From an uncultured Flavobacteriales bacterium (lineage in GTDB: Bacteria; Bacteroidota; Bacteroidia; Flavobacteriales; CAJXXR01), in contig CAJXXR010000002.1 in the NCBI GenBank assembly GCA_913063375.1, forward strand, positions 44,448-108,447: a stretch of DNA of 64,000 nucleotides, written 5' to 3'. The position numbers and the translations under genes are program-made. Of the stretch, positions 1-10,630 are shown in pieces. Numbering within the stretch: the stretch's first letter is position 1; each line of letters begins with the position of its first letter. The notes beneath the pieces are model-generated. The model saw nothing but the letters and a program-made list of their open reading frames with translations, made no database searches and had not been told where the DNA came from.

Positions 1-2
1 GT

Positions 3-1589
3 GGTGCGGATACCTATATTTGGAATCCATCAAGTAGTCTTAACCAAAGTGTTGGTTCATCGGTAATGGCAATTCCTACTGTATCTACGACTTATTATGT
101 TGAAGGAATTCAAAATGGTTGTTCTGTATTTGATTCGGTGGTAATAGGTGTTGTTCCGGAGATCGTGGTTGCCATTTCTTTAGATTCGGCATTTAACTGT
201 GCGGGGGATTCTATTTTACTTTCAGTCACAGGTGCGGACAGTTATCATTGGATACCAAATACTGGTTTGAATATTGACACTGGATCTGTGGTATATGCTA
301 GTCCACAGGTGAGCACTAATTATATTGTTGAAGGTCTTGTAAATGGGTGTATAAGTTATGATACGGTATTCGTTGAAGTGATACTATTAGATAGCCTCTC
401 ATTTTTAGTTGATAATTCAATACTTTGTCCTGGAGATAGCACTTCTATTACTGTGTATGGTGCTGATTCATACCAATGGGAGCCTGCAATTGGTTTGAGT
501 GTGGATCAAGGGGCGATTGTTCAAGCAAGTCCAAATAATTCTACTACTTATTATGTCACTGGTGAAGTGAATGGATGTCAAGTATTGGACAGTATTAGCA
601 TCTTAGTAAATCCTGTATCAAATCTTATTTTGGATCAGAGTGATAGTATAATTTGTTCAGGAGATTCTGTTTCCTTGTATGCTCAAGGAGCAGATAATAT
701 CACTTGGTATTTTGAGAGTGACACTTTATATGGCGATACCGTATATGTGGCACCGGAAATCACTACAGAATTTCAAGTGCATGGTTATTTGGATGGCTGT
801 AGAATTGTAGATAGTTTATTGGTTTCTGTTGAGGTGATGCCTACGCTTTCCGTAGGGTTAAATAATACTAGTATTTGTCTTGGGGATACGGGCTTAATTA
901 CTGTTTCGGGAGCTAATGGCTATAGCTGGACTTTATTGGATGGAACAAATGTGGGAACAGGAGACAGTATATATTTGTCACCTGCTATCTCAACGGAATA
1001 TATTGTGATTGGAACTTCAGAGTATTGTCAGGTAGCTGATACGGTACTTTTGGAGGTAATTCCCCTTCCTGAGTTTGAAATTCTCACGGATGTGAATGTA
1101 ATTTACCTTTTAGGTGATAACAATACAGTAGAATTTGAATCTACAGGAGACGGTAGTCTTTTCAATTCATGGTTTTTTGGAGATGGTGACAGTAGTGATG
1201 TAATGAATCCAAGCCATGCTTATTATATAGAAGGTCTTTATACGGTAGTTTTAGAGGCAATGGACTCCAATAACTGTAGTAGTATGGATAGCGTGCTTAT
1301 AGAGGTTTTAAATAATATTTCAGTCGAAGAAATAGAAGGTCTGGACTGGTTGGATATCTTTCCAAACCCTACAGAAGGAATTATTCATATTATGCTTGAT
1401 GAAAGCCCGTTGGTAATTGATGAAATTCGAATTTTTGATGCGAGTGGTAGACAAGTGTTGGTTGAAAAACATTCCATATCAGCGTCTATAGATTTGGATA
1501 TATCGAACCAACAGGATGGACATTATATCATAGCTTTAAAGGTAGGAGAGTCGGTATATACTAAGATCATCCAGAAACAAACAAAATAG
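3..1589 (+). CDS. T9SS type A sorting-domain protein with tandem Ig-like repeats and a PKD domain (5' partial)
   Basis: Frame is open from base 3 (GADTYIWNPSS...), so the gene starts before the window. About 75-aa repeats (CxGDS..GADSYxW..GC..DS), PKD motif WFFGDG..NPSHAY, C-terminal IFPNPT..IFDASGRQV..GHYII..KIIQK. Confidence 0.85.
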   Translation, partial: GADTYIWNPSSSLNQSVGSSVMAIPTVSTTYYVEGIQNGCSVFDSVVIGVVPEIVVAISLDSAFNCAGDSILLSVTGADSYHWIPNTGLNIDTGSVVYASPQVSTNYIVEGLVNGCISYDTVFVEVILLDSLSFLVDNSILCPGDSTSITVYGADSYQWEPAIGLSVDQGAIVQASPNNSTTYYVTGEVNGCQVLDSISILVNPVSNLILDQSDSIICSGDSVSLYAQGADNITWYFESDTLYGDTVYVAPEITTEFQVHGYLDGCRIVDSLLVSVEVMPTLSVGLNNTSICLGDTGLITVSGANGYSWTLLDGTNVGTGDSIYLSPAISTEYIVIGTSEYCQVADTVLLEVIPLPEFEILTDVNVIYLLGDNNTVEFESTGDGSLFNSWFFGDGDSSDVMNPSHAYYIEGLYTVVLEAMDSNNCSSMDSVLIEVLNNISVEEIEGLDWLDIFPNPTEGIIHIMLDESPLVIDEIRIFDASGRQVLVEKHSISASIDLDISNQQDGHYIIALKVGESVYTKIIQKQTK

Positions 1590-1616
1590 GCTAGGCTTCC
1601 CCCAAATTTATGGCAT

Positions 1617-1656
1617 AAAAAAAGGCTGTTGTGAATGAATCACAACAGCCTTTTTT
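1617..1656. terminator. Bidirectional intrinsic terminator
   Basis: A-tract, ggctgttgtga-atgaa-tcacaacagcc, T-tract, between convergent genes. Confidence 0.9.
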
Positions 1657-1675
1657 ATTTTATATGGTTGATAAC

Positions 1676-4600
1676 TTATAGCTTTTGTTGAACCTCAACT
1701 TGCTCATAAGCTTCAATGATGTCACCATCTTTGATAGCGTTGTATTTGTCGATATTCAGACCACATTCGTAACCTTTACCAACTTCCTTAACGTCATCTT
1801 TGAAACGTTTCAATGATCCTAGTTTACCTTCGTGAACTACAATACCGTCACGGATAATTCTAATCTCACTGTTTCTATTGATTTTACCATTCAGTACCAT
1901 ACAACCTGCGATTGTACCAACTTTAGATATTGTGAAAGTTTCACGGATTTCAAGGTTTGCAACGATTTCCTCTTTGAATTTCGGAGCCAACATTCCTTCC
2001 ATCGCTTCCTTGATCTCGTTGATCGCGTTGTAGATGATAGAGTACAGTCTGATATCTACAGATTCTACATCAGCTAATCTTCTTGCAGAATTCGAAGGTC
2101 TTACTTGGAATCCAATGATGATTGCCTGAGACGTAGATGCCAATAGAACATCTGAATCAGAGATCTGACCAACTGCTTTATGGATAATGTTTACTTGAAT
2201 TTGTTCAGTAGACAGTTTCAATAATGAATCAGAAAGTGCTTCAATAGATCCATCCACATCCCCTTTCAAGATGATGTTTAATTCTTGGAAATCTCCAAGT
2301 GCAAGACGTCTACCAATCTCTTCAAGTGTCAACTGACGTTGAGTTCTGATTGATTGTTCACGTTGTAATTGCATACGTTTTGAGGCAATAGATTTTGCTT
2401 CTCTTTCGTCTGTCATTACGTGGAAGGTATCACCTGCCTGTGGAGCTCCATTCAATCCAAGAATACTTAATGGAATTGAAGGACCTGCTGCAGGGACTAA
2501 GTTGTCACGTTCATCGTGCATAGCTTTTACCTTACCGTAGTATTGTCCGGCAAGAATAAAGTCTCCAACTTTTAGTGTACCTGTTTGTACTAGTATGTTT
2601 GTGATATAACCTTTCCCTTTATCTAGAGATGCTTCAATTACTGCTCCTGTTGCTTTTCTTTCTGGATTACCTTTAAGGTCTAGAAGTTCTGCTTCAAGCA
2701 TTACTTTTTCCATCAATTCATCAACACCAAGTCCAGTCTTTGCAGATACATCATGCGATTGGAATTTTCCACCCCAATCTTCAACCAATAAATTCATAGC
2801 AGCTAATTGCTCCTTGATTTTTTCTGGGTTTGCAGTTTGTCTATCTACTTTATTGATAGCAAATACAATTGGTACATCCGCTGCTTGAGCATGGGCTATC
2901 GCCTCTTTGGTTTGTGGCATGATCTCATCATCAGCCGCAATTACAATAATTACGATATCTGTAACCTGAGCACCACGAGCACGCATTGCAGTAAAGGCTT
3001 CGTGACCAGGAGTATCAATAAATGATATTTTCTTTCCACTAGCAAGCTCTACATTGTATGCACCAATGTGCTGAGTAATACCTCCGGCTTCACCAGCAAT
3101 TACATTGGCTTGTCTGATATAATCCAAAAGAGATGTTTTACCGTGGTCAACATGTCCCATAATGGTTACAATTGGAGGTCTAGTAATCAAGTCTTCTTCT
3201 CGATCTACTTCTTCTTCAATTGCTTCTTGTACATCAGCACTTACGAATTCTACTTCATATCCGAATTCTTCAGAAACAATCTGTAGTGTTTCCGCATCCA
3301 ATCGTTGATTCATAGTAACCATCATACCAAGCATCATACAAGATGAAATTACATCTGTGATACTTACGTTTATCATGGTTGCTAATTCGTTGGCTGTTAC
3401 GAATTCAGTTACTTTTATTACTTTTTCCGCATGTTGCAATTCAGCTTCAATAGCCTTTTGCTCTTTACGTTCATCTCTTTTCGATCTTCTGTATTTAGAA
3501 GATTTAGATTTTCCTTTACCAGTAAGACGGCTTAATGTTTCACTGATTTGTTTAGCGATTTCTGCATCGGTTGGATCCTCCTTCTTCTCGGCAGGTTTAG
3601 CCGCGCCTTTACGGAAATTCTTTTTTCTAGCACCAGGTCCGCCAGGTCCTCTTCCAGGTCCACCAGGTCCACGTCCACCAGCATATGGTTTTCTTGGTCC
3701 TTTGTTAGCTTCACCAGGTTTTACAATACGCTTACGCTTTTTCTTCGCAGCAGCATTTTTATCCTTAGGATCGTTGGACTTAGGATTGGTAGAAGAAGCT
3801 ACTTTTTCTTTCTTCTTCTTTGGCTTTTGGAATTGAGTCAAGTCAATTTTCTGTCCTGTAAATGTAGGTCCAGAAAGTGTTTTTGCCTTAGCCTTAATTA
3901 CCTCTTCTGGTTTTTTCACTTCTGCAGCAGGTGCTTCAGGTGCTTTTTCTTCCTTAGTAGGTTTTTTTGGCTCTTCCTTCCTAGCTGTTAGCTTTTGAGC
4001 AATCGCTTTTTTAAGGTTTTCTTCCACTTTTTCAGTTCCACTAGCGTACTTCCCTCCTTTGGGCTTACCACCAGGTTCATTGATATTTCCTAAAGCAGTA
4101 ACTCCTTTCAACGCATGAGCTTTTGCCTTAATCACCTCTTTTTTGGCCGTATTCGATTTAGAGGTGCTTTCTTCAGCTTTCACTTCTGGTTGTTTGGCTT
4201 TTGCTTCAGGTTGCTTTGCCTTTGCTTCAGGTTGCTTAGCCTTTGCTTCAGGTTGCTTAACCTTTGCTTCAGGTTGCTTAGCTTTTGCTTCAGGTTGCTT
4301 AGCTTTTGCGGCTGGTTTCTCAACCTTTTTCTTTGGAGTTTCCTCTTTAGATGCTGCTTCAGCTTGCTTAGCCTTTTTGGAATTTTCAAGATCGATTATT
4401 CCAACAGTCTTAATACCTGATAAGTTAGCCTTTGCTTTTATTACATCACTGGATTCCTCAGTAGCAGCAGGTTCTTCTTTCTTTTCAGTAAGAATCTCCT
4501 TTTGAAGCTTTTTAAATTCCTTATCCAAATCAGCTTTTGTTGAAACAACTTCTGTTGATTCATTAGCTGGAGCGGCAGGTGCTGCAGTTGCAACAGGGGC

Positions 4601-4855
4601 TTCATCCGATACAGGATCAGTCTGCTTTTGAGCTTGCTTAAGAGCTTCCTTTTCCTCACGTTTCCGTTTGGTAACCTCTTTTGATCTCAATTTTTGCGTT
4701 TGATCTTTTTGGAAAGCATCTACCAAGAAGTTATGTTGCTCTTCCGTCAATTTGGTATTGGGACGAGCATCTACTTCAAATCCTTTGGATGAGAGCTTTT
4801 CAGCTAGGCGATCAATGCTTACATTGAGTTCTTTCGCAACCTTACTTAATCTCAT
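1676..4855 (-). CDS. infB: Translation initiation factor IF-2
   Basis: [21 protein letters not shown]-domain motifs; C-terminal [11 protein letters not shown]; downstream of nusA. Confidence 0.99.
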   Translation of the reverse strand: MRLSKVAKELNVSIDRLAEKLSSKGFEVDARPNTKLTEEQHNFLVDAFQKDQTQKLRSKEVTKRKREEKEALKQAQKQTDPVSDEAPVATAAPAAPANESTEVVSTKADLDKEFKKLQKEILTEKKEEPAATEESSDVIKAKANLSGIKTVGIIDLENSKKAKQAEAASKEETPKKKVEKPAAKAKQPEAKAKQPEAKVKQPEAKAKQPEAKAKQPEAKAKQPEVKAEESTSKSNTAKKEVIKAKAHALKGVTALGNINEPGGKPKGGKYASGTEKVEENLKKAIAQKLTARKEEPKKPTKEEKAPEAPAAEVKKPEEVIKAKAKTLSGPTFTGQKIDLTQFQKPKKKKEKVASSTNPKSNDPKDKNAAAKKKRKRIVKPGEANKGPRKPYAGGRGPGGPGRGPGGPGARKKNFRKGAAKPAEKKEDPTDAEIAKQISETLSRLTGKGKSKSSKYRRSKRDERKEQKAIEAELQHAEKVIKVTEFVTANELATMINVSITDVISSCMMLGMMVTMNQRLDAETLQIVSEEFGYEVEFVSADVQEAIEEEVDREEDLITRPPIVTIMGHVDHGKTSLLDYIRQANVIAGEAGGITQHIGAYNVELASGKKISFIDTPGHEAFTAMRARGAQVTDIVIIVIAADDEIMPQTKEAIAHAQAADVPIVFAINKVDRQTANPEKIKEQLAAMNLLVEDWGGKFQSHDVSAKTGLGVDELMEKVMLEAELLDLKGNPERKATGAVIEASLDKGKGYITNILVQTGTLKVGDFILAGQYYGKVKAMHDERDNLVPAAGPSIPLSILGLNGAPQAGDTFHVMTDEREAKSIASKRMQLQREQSIRTQRQLTLEEIGRRLALGDFQELNIILKGDVDGSIEALSDSLLKLSTEQIQVNIIHKAVGQISDSDVLLASTSQAIIIGFQVRPSNSARRLADVESVDIRLYSIIYNAINEIKEAMEGMLAPKFKEEIVANLEIRETFTISKVGTIAGCMVLNGKINRNSEIRIIRDGIVVHEGKLGSLKRFKDDVKEVGKGYECGLNIDKYNAIKDGDIIEAYEQVEVQQKL
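4184..4309 (-). repeat. In-frame 21-bp tandem repeat x6 encoding A-K-(A/V)-K-Q-P-E in the IF-2 N-terminal region
   Basis: Units of gcaaa(a/g)gctaagcaacctgaa and close variants read directly on the minus strand. Confidence 0.95.
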
Positions 4856-4919
4856 AATTTATACGGCCTTTCGTTCTTTAATTTTCGTTTGTACTCCTAT
4901 TGAATGACTAGATTATTAA

Positions 4920-6152
4920 CTAATCATACAATTCAGTACTCAATATACCTCTAACCTCGACTATTGTTTCTTCCTCAAGATCTGTTCGATTTACCAAATA
5001 TTCTACTGGTAATTCCAGTACACTTTTGGCAGTGTCACATCCAATTTCTTTAAGTTGATCAATAATCCAAGCTTCGATTTCGTCGGTAAATTCGCTAAGC
5101 AATACATCCTCATCTTCAAGATCTCTATATACATCGATCTCGTAGTTGGTAAGCATACCAGCCAATCTTATATTATGTCCACCTTTACCAATAGCAAGTG
5201 ATACTTGATCTGGTTTTAAGTAAACATCCACTTTCTTGTTATCCTCGTCTAATTTCATTGAAGTCACTTTAGCAGGACTTAATGAACGTTGGATGAATAA
5301 TTGAATATTTGATGAATAGTTAATTACATCAATGTTTTCATTTCCGAGTTCACGTACAATGCTGTGAATTCTAGAACCTTTCATACCAACACAAGCACCT
5401 ACAGGATCAATACGATCATCGTAAGATTCTACAGCTACTTTTGCTTTTTCACCAGGGATTCTGTGAACAGCTTTGATGATAATTAAACCATCTGCAATCT
5501 CAGGAATCTCTTGTTCGAATAGTCTACCTAGGAAGCTATTCGCTGTTCTAGATAAAATAATACGTGGTTTATTTCCTTTCAGTTGAACATCTGTTACAAC
5601 TGCTCTTACATTATCACCTTTTCTAAAGTAATCAGATCTAATTTGTTCCTTTTTAGGTAAAATTAGTTCGTTCATAGAATCATCGTAGATGATAACTTCA
5701 TTTTTTCTGACATGGTGAACCTCTCCAGTGATAATCTCTCCAATAAGCTCTTTATATTGCTTAAATAAGTTATTACTGTCGTGTTCATGGATACGGCTAA
5801 TAAGATTTTGTCTCATTGCCATGATTGCTCTACGACCGAAGTCTGGGATTTTAACCTCTGTAGAAACTTCCTCTCCAATTTCAAAGTCAGGTTCAATCTT
5901 TACAGCATCAGATAAAGCGATTTGTGAAACTGGGTCTTCCAGTTCTGCATCCGCTGTTACAATTCTGTTTTGCCAGATCTCAAGATCTCCTTTCTGAGGG
6001 TTTACAATAATATCAAAGTTTTCGTCCGTACCAAATTTTTTGGTAAGCATTGAACGGAAAACTTCTTCCAAAATACTCATAAGAGTAACTCGGTCAATAT
6101 TTTTGAACTCTTTAAACTCCGAAAAAGACTCTATTAATGCTAAACTATCCAT
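4920..6152 (-). CDS. nusA: Transcription termination/antitermination factor NusA
   Basis: S1 and KH domains, IDPVGACVGMKGSRI, SLAIGKGGHNIRLA. Confidence 0.98.
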   Translation of the reverse strand: MDSLALIESFSEFKEFKNIDRVTLMSILEEVFRSMLTKKFGTDENFDIIVNPQKGDLEIWQNRIVTADAELEDPVSQIALSDAVKIEPDFEIGEEVSTEVKIPDFGRRAIMAMRQNLISRIHEHDSNNLFKQYKELIGEIITGEVHHVRKNEVIIYDDSMNELILPKKEQIRSDYFRKGDNVRAVVTDVQLKGNKPRIILSRTANSFLGRLFEQEIPEIADGLIIIKAVHRIPGEKAKVAVESYDDRIDPVGACVGMKGSRIHSIVRELGNENIDVINYSSNIQLFIQRSLSPAKVTSMKLDEDNKKVDVYLKPDQVSLAIGKGGHNIRLAGMLTNYEIDVYRDLEDEDVLLSEFTDEIEAWIIDQLKEIGCDTAKSVLELPVEYLVNRTDLEEETIVEVRGILSTELYD

Positions 6153-6164
6153 GTCTGAAGATTG

Positions 6165-6641
6165 TTAAAAAGATATTAAAACTTTTGCAGTTGCTATGTC
6201 TGAAAAATCGAAGTCTTTCGTCATAGTTACTGTCCTTTTTCCTTTACCTATTTCTTTAGGTATGCGCTCTTTCCACTCCAATGTGATTTTATCATCATCT
6301 ACATGAATCATTGTTCCTTCAGTTTTTGTTCCTGATTGGTCAATAACTAAAAGTTTACGCCCTTTGTTTTTAAGATATTGCCTTTGTAACTTCAAAGGAA
6401 CCTCAAGTCCAGGTGATCCAACTGTTAGAGAAAATTCAGCATCTTCTCCTTTTTCCTCATGTATCCAGCTTTCTATCTTTCGACTTAGCATTTTACATTC
6501 AGAAATTTTGATTCCAGTATCCGAATCAACATGGATTTCTATTTCATTGCCAGCATTGATTTCAATATCTATTAGATATAAATCAAACTCCTCTAAAAGG
6601 ATGTTAACTTGTTGGCTTAGTTCTTGTTTTAGCTCCATCAT
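6165..6641 (-). CDS. rimP: Ribosome maturation factor RimP
   Basis: FSLTVGSPG..PLK..RQY motif; first gene of rimP-nusA-infB; start moved to ATG 6641 (or 6638), downstream of the leader hairpin. Confidence 0.92.
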   Translation of the reverse strand: MMELKQELSQQVNILLEEFDLYLIDIEINAGNEIEIHVDSDTGIKISECKMLSRKIESWIHEEKGEDAEFSLTVGSPGLEVPLKLQRQYLKNKGRKLLVIDQSGTKTEGTMIHVDDDKITLEWKERIPKEIGKGKRTVTMTKDFDFSDIATAKVLISF

Positions 6642-6645
6642 GGTA

Positions 6646-6672
6646 CAAAAAGAGGGGACTTCCGTCCCCTCA
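6646..6672 (-). promoter_or_regulatory. rimP leader terminator-like hairpin
   Basis: GAGGGGAC-GGAA-GTCCCCTC-TTTTT (GNRA loop) just upstream of the rimP ATG. Confidence 0.8.
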
Positions 6673-6699
6673 TCCTTATTCAAAATCTTAATTCTTTGG

Positions 6700-6730
6700 C
6701 AAAAGTACAAAATATTGCTCAATTCCCAAA
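6700..6730 (-). promoter_or_regulatory. Bacteroidota housekeeping promoter for the rimP operon
   Basis: TTTG (6730-6727), 19-bp spacer, TACTTTTG (6707-6700). Confidence 0.7.
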
Positions 6731-6875
6731 TAGCTTTTAAACAGTATATTTAGAATTGGTAGTTATTTTGCGCTTCATCCATAGAAGTTGAAGGCGTAAC
6801 TTCCCATAAGTTATAAAATTATTGGACATAAAAAAAGCCAGCTTAAGCCGGCTTTTAATTTATTCTTATGGAAGA

Positions 6876-8021
6876 CTAAAGAGTTCCTCTTTTTTCTTGT
6901 TCTAATTCAATGGCTTCGAAAAGCGCTTTGAAATTTCCTTTACCAAAAGATACAGCTCCTTTTCTTTGAATGATTTCGAAGAATACAGTCGGTCTATCTT
7001 GAACCGGTCTTGTAAATATCTGTAATAGATACCCTTCGTCATCACGGTCAATTAAGATGCCTAGTTCTTTCAGAGGTGCTAGATCTTCATCTATCTCGCC
7101 AACTCTATCTAATACTGTCTCATAGTATGAGTCTGGCACATAAAGGAATTCAACTCCGTTATCCCTCATATGAGTTACCGTTTCTATAATGTTATTTGTA
7201 GAAACTGCGATGTGTTGGCATCCTGCTCCACCATAGAAATCAATATACTCTTCTATCTGAGACTTTTTAAGCCCGTCTGCTGGTTCGTTAATAGGAAACT
7301 TGATTCTACCGTTCCCGTTACTCATTACCTTCGACATTAAGGCTGTATACTCTGTAGAGATATCCTTGTCGTCGAAAGAAACCAATTGAGCAAACCCCAT
7401 AACCTTCTTATAAAATTCACACCAAGTGTTCATTTCATTCCAGCCTACATTACCAACCATGTGGTCAATAAATTTCAAGCCTGCATCTTTAGGGTTAAAA
7501 TCGCTTTCCCATTTTTGATAGCCTGGTAAGAAGGTTCCGTTATAGTTTCCTCTCTCAACAAAGATATGAATGGTTTCTCCGTACGTGTGGATACCAGAGC
7601 GTACTACATAACCATTTCCGTCTTCAGTTTTAGTAGGCTCCATGAATGGTTTAGCACCACGTTTTACTGTTTCTTCAAATGATTTCGTAGCATCATCAAC
7701 CCATAAAGCGATAACTTTAACGGCATCTCCATGCTCGTCAATATGTCGTCCTATGTCTGTACCTTTCTTAAGTGGTGAAGTTAAAACCAATTTGATTTTA
7801 TCTTGCTTCACTACATATGAAGTGAATTCTTTGTTTCCTGTTTCAAGACCTGAATAGGCGTATGATTGGAAACCAAATGCAGTCTTGTAAAAATGAGCTG
7901 CTTGTTTTGCGTTGCTAACGTAAATTTCAACGTAATCTGTTCCTTTAAGCGGTAAGAAATCTTCCGCCTCGTCGAATATCTTTTCTAGACCGTAGTCTAT
8001 ATCTTTTAATTTATCTGACAT
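6876..8021 (-). CDS. hppD: 4-hydroxyphenylpyruvate dioxygenase
   Basis: IDHMVGNV, GCQHIA, GYLLQIFT, FGKGNFKALFEAIE. Confidence 0.97.
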   Translation of the reverse strand: MSDKLKDIDYGLEKIFDEAEDFLPLKGTDYVEIYVSNAKQAAHFYKTAFGFQSYAYSGLETGNKEFTSYVVKQDKIKLVLTSPLKKGTDIGRHIDEHGDAVKVIALWVDDATKSFEETVKRGAKPFMEPTKTEDGNGYVVRSGIHTYGETIHIFVERGNYNGTFLPGYQKWESDFNPKDAGLKFIDHMVGNVGWNEMNTWCEFYKKVMGFAQLVSFDDKDISTEYTALMSKVMSNGNGRIKFPINEPADGLKKSQIEEYIDFYGGAGCQHIAVSTNNIIETVTHMRDNGVEFLYVPDSYYETVLDRVGEIDEDLAPLKELGILIDRDDEGYLLQIFTRPVQDRPTVFFEIIQRKGAVSFGKGNFKALFEAIELEQEKRGTL

Positions 8022-8199
8022 AATAGTATGCTTAAAAAGTCAAGTAATTGGTTATGATGACACGTAGGGAAAGTCAACTTATAAATATACAAATATAATA
8101 GATTAACTCCCTACCTTTTGGGTATGAATGAGATTATTTTGGGCCTTCAGCACATTGCCCAATGTAAAAACATTAAATATCCTTTTCGTCTCATATTTT

Positions 8200-9360
8200 C
8201 TAATGGTCTAACCAAGATTTGAAATAATCTGGTTCCGACATAGCTACAGCTTGTTCAGTCAGTTTAAGTGGCTTGAAGGTGTCAACCATAACGGCTAATT
8301 CTTCAGTAGATTTTTTACCAATACTTCTTTCTGCGGCACCTGGGTGTGGCCCATGAACAACGCCTGCAGGGTGTAAGGTAATATGTCCAACTTCTATATT
8401 GTTTCTGCTCATGAAGTCTCCATCAACATAATATAATACCTCATCAGAATCAATGTTACTGTGATGATAAGGTGCTGGGATTGCATCCGGGTGGTAGTCA
8501 TATAGTCTTGGAACAAAAGAACAAATTACAAATGCATTTGTTTCAAATGTTTGATGAATAGGAGGTGGTAAATGAACACGTCCAGTGATCGGTTCGAAAT
8601 TGTGGATAGAAAAAGCGTACGGATAGTTGTATCCATCCCATCCAACAATGTCAAATGGATGCGATGCATATACCCATTCGTGCAGTACATCTTCCTTTTT
8701 TATTTTAATGGTGAAATCTCCAATTTCGTCATGCGTTTTTAGATCAGAAGGTCTTCTGATGTCACGTTCGCAGAACGGAGAGTCTTCAAGGTGTTGCCCG
8801 AAATGGTTTCTATATCTCTTAGGTGTATATACAGGGCTAAAAGATTGTACAATAAATAATCTATTGTCCTCTGTGTCGAATTCCATTTGATAAATCATAC
8901 CTCTTGGTACTACCAAATAATCTCCATACGAGAAGGTTAGATTACCCATCATAGATTTAAGTGTTCCAGTTCCACGGTGAACGAAAATTACCTCATCGGC
9001 ATCGGCGTTTTTGTAGAAATAGTCTGTCATAGACTTTTTTGGAGCTGCTAATTCAATATAGCAATCACTGTTAACCAAAACAGGTGTTCTACTTTCTAGG
9101 TAGTCATCGGTTGGCTTCGCTTCAAAACCTCTGAATAGTTGGTTTTGGATGTTTTTTTCAACAGCAACTTTTGGGCTTATGTCCTTTGAAGCTTTAATTT
9201 CTTTTACCTGTGTTGGTCTGTGCAGGTGGTACATCAAGGATGACATTCCTGCAAATCCTTCACATCCAAATAGCTGCTCATAATGTAGCTCGCCATTCTC
9301 TTTTTTAAAAACGACATGTCGTTTTTGAGGAAAATTCCCCAATGAATGATATATAGGCAT
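8200..9360 (-). CDS. hmgA: Homogentisate 1,2-dioxygenase (Bacteroidota type)
   Basis: KNADADE, VHLPPPIH, PYHHSNIDSDE, LHPAGVVHGP; adjacent to hppD. Confidence 0.93.
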   Translation of the reverse strand: MPIYHSLGNFPQKRHVVFKKENGELHYEQLFGCEGFAGMSSLMYHLHRPTQVKEIKASKDISPKVAVEKNIQNQLFRGFEAKPTDDYLESRTPVLVNSDCYIELAAPKKSMTDYFYKNADADEVIFVHRGTGTLKSMMGNLTFSYGDYLVVPRGMIYQMEFDTEDNRLFIVQSFSPVYTPKRYRNHFGQHLEDSPFCERDIRRPSDLKTHDEIGDFTIKIKKEDVLHEWVYASHPFDIVGWDGYNYPYAFSIHNFEPITGRVHLPPPIHQTFETNAFVICSFVPRLYDYHPDAIPAPYHHSNIDSDEVLYYVDGDFMSRNNIEVGHITLHPAGVVHGPHPGAAERSIGKKSTEELAVMVDTFKPLKLTEQAVAMSEPDYFKSWLDH

Positions 9361-9423
9361 TGTGCTGAAGTTAAGTACCTTTTAGGGTACGGTTAAAATG
9401 CATTCTATGAATGCAATGCATGT

Positions 9424-10518
9424 CTAATTTGTCTCATTAGCCTCTTTTTGTTGCTGAATTTCATTCAACTTTGGTCTTAGGCTCGACCTATATTTTTTAT
9501 TCGGATCTGCTCCGGTATCTTTTCTAAGTTGTTCTTGTTTTTCCGCTGAAAGTGAGATTATGTCTACGCATTCTTGACTACAGCAATTCTGTTTTTCTTG
9601 CTTACAGTCCTCACATTGTAGGAATAATAAGTTACAATTTTTATTACTACAATTAGTATGTGTATCACATGGTTTTCCACACTGATGGCAAGAAGATATT
9701 ATATCGTCAGATATCTTTTCTCCTCGGCGCTCATCAAATACGAAATTGGAACCTTTGTATCTGTTTTCAAGGCGCTCCTCTTCTATTTGTTTCGCGTAAT
9801 CGATGATACCTCCATGTAGCTGATTTACATCTTCGTATCCATGGTGCTTAAGAAAGGCAGAGGTTTTTTCACAACGAATACCTCCTGTGCAATACAAGAG
9901 TATTTTTTTGTCTTCCTGGCCTTTTAAAAGGTTTAAAACCTCTGGAAGTTCCTCTTTGAAAGTATCCACATCTGGGCAAATAGCACCTTCGAAATGTCCA
10001 ATTTCACTTTCGTAATGGTTTCGCATATCAACGCAAACACTATTGTCTTCAGCTAAGTGCTGATTCCATTCTTTCGCGGTTAGATGTTTTCCTACATTGG
10101 TAACGTCATAACTATTGTCGTCTTGACCATCTGCTAGGATCTTTTTCCGAATTTTAATCTGTAATTTCAGAAAAGACATTGCTTGGTCTTCAACAGCAAT
10201 TTTAAAGGGAACATCTTTAAATTCTTTGTATTGATTTAAGGTGTCTCTAAAAGCTTCTACAAAAGGTTCCGGACAAGATAATTGAGCGTTAACTCCTTCC
10301 TCGGCAATGTAAATTCTACCTTTTATTTTAAGTGCGTTCCATTGTAGGAAAAGCTCGTCCCTTAGCGTTTCTAGGTCATTCAAATACACATAGCGGTAGA
10401 ATGATATAGTTGTACGTGGGAATTTCTCATTTTGCAATTCCAATTCAAGTTCCTCTTTACTTTTTTGGTTAAAAAGTCGCTTGTTGTTTTTTCCTTTCTT
10501 CATCATATCTGAAAACAT
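9424..10518 (-). CDS. trhO: Rhodanese-domain tRNA uridine(34) hydroxylase (UPF0176/YceA family)
   Basis: GRIYIAEEGVNAQ, DMRNHYE..GHF, YCTGGIRCEK, FVFDER, C-terminal Cys cluster. Confidence 0.92.
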   Translation of the reverse strand: MFSDMMKKGKNNKRLFNQKSKEELELELQNEKFPRTTISFYRYVYLNDLETLRDELFLQWNALKIKGRIYIAEEGVNAQLSCPEPFVEAFRDTLNQYKEFKDVPFKIAVEDQAMSFLKLQIKIRKKILADGQDDNSYDVTNVGKHLTAKEWNQHLAEDNSVCVDMRNHYESEIGHFEGAICPDVDTFKEELPEVLNLLKGQEDKKILLYCTGGIRCEKTSAFLKHHGYEDVNQLHGGIIDYAKQIEEERLENRYKGSNFVFDERRGEKISDDIISSCHQCGKPCDTHTNCSNKNCNLLFLQCEDCKQEKQNCCSQECVDIISLSAEKQEQLRKDTGADPNKKYRSSLRPKLNEIQQQKEANETN

Positions 10519-10630
10519 CTTTTGGCTAATTCATAGAACCCGATTGATTTTAAGATTACAAAGATAGAGTAATTTTAATTTAGATATGGAATGAGAAATG
10601 TCAGCTTTTTATTGAGAAAAAAGACATCTA

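Noticed and set aside
4184-4309. Tandem repeat considered as a CRISPR array
   Set aside because: No spacers, in frame within infB, no cas genes.
3357-4659. Several alternative-frame and antisense ORFs over infB, such as the (ASGCLAF)n and (LSNLKQR)n peptides
   Set aside because: Shadows of the low-complexity IF-2 N-terminus and its 21-bp repeat.
6642-6722. N-terminal extension of RimP in the ORF track
   Set aside because: It runs through the promoter and leader hairpin; the real start is likely 6641 or 6638.
8064-8114. gtaggga...tccctac inverted repeat flanking a TATATTTG element upstream of hppD
   Set aside because: Only 7-bp arms with a long spacer; too weak to call an operator.
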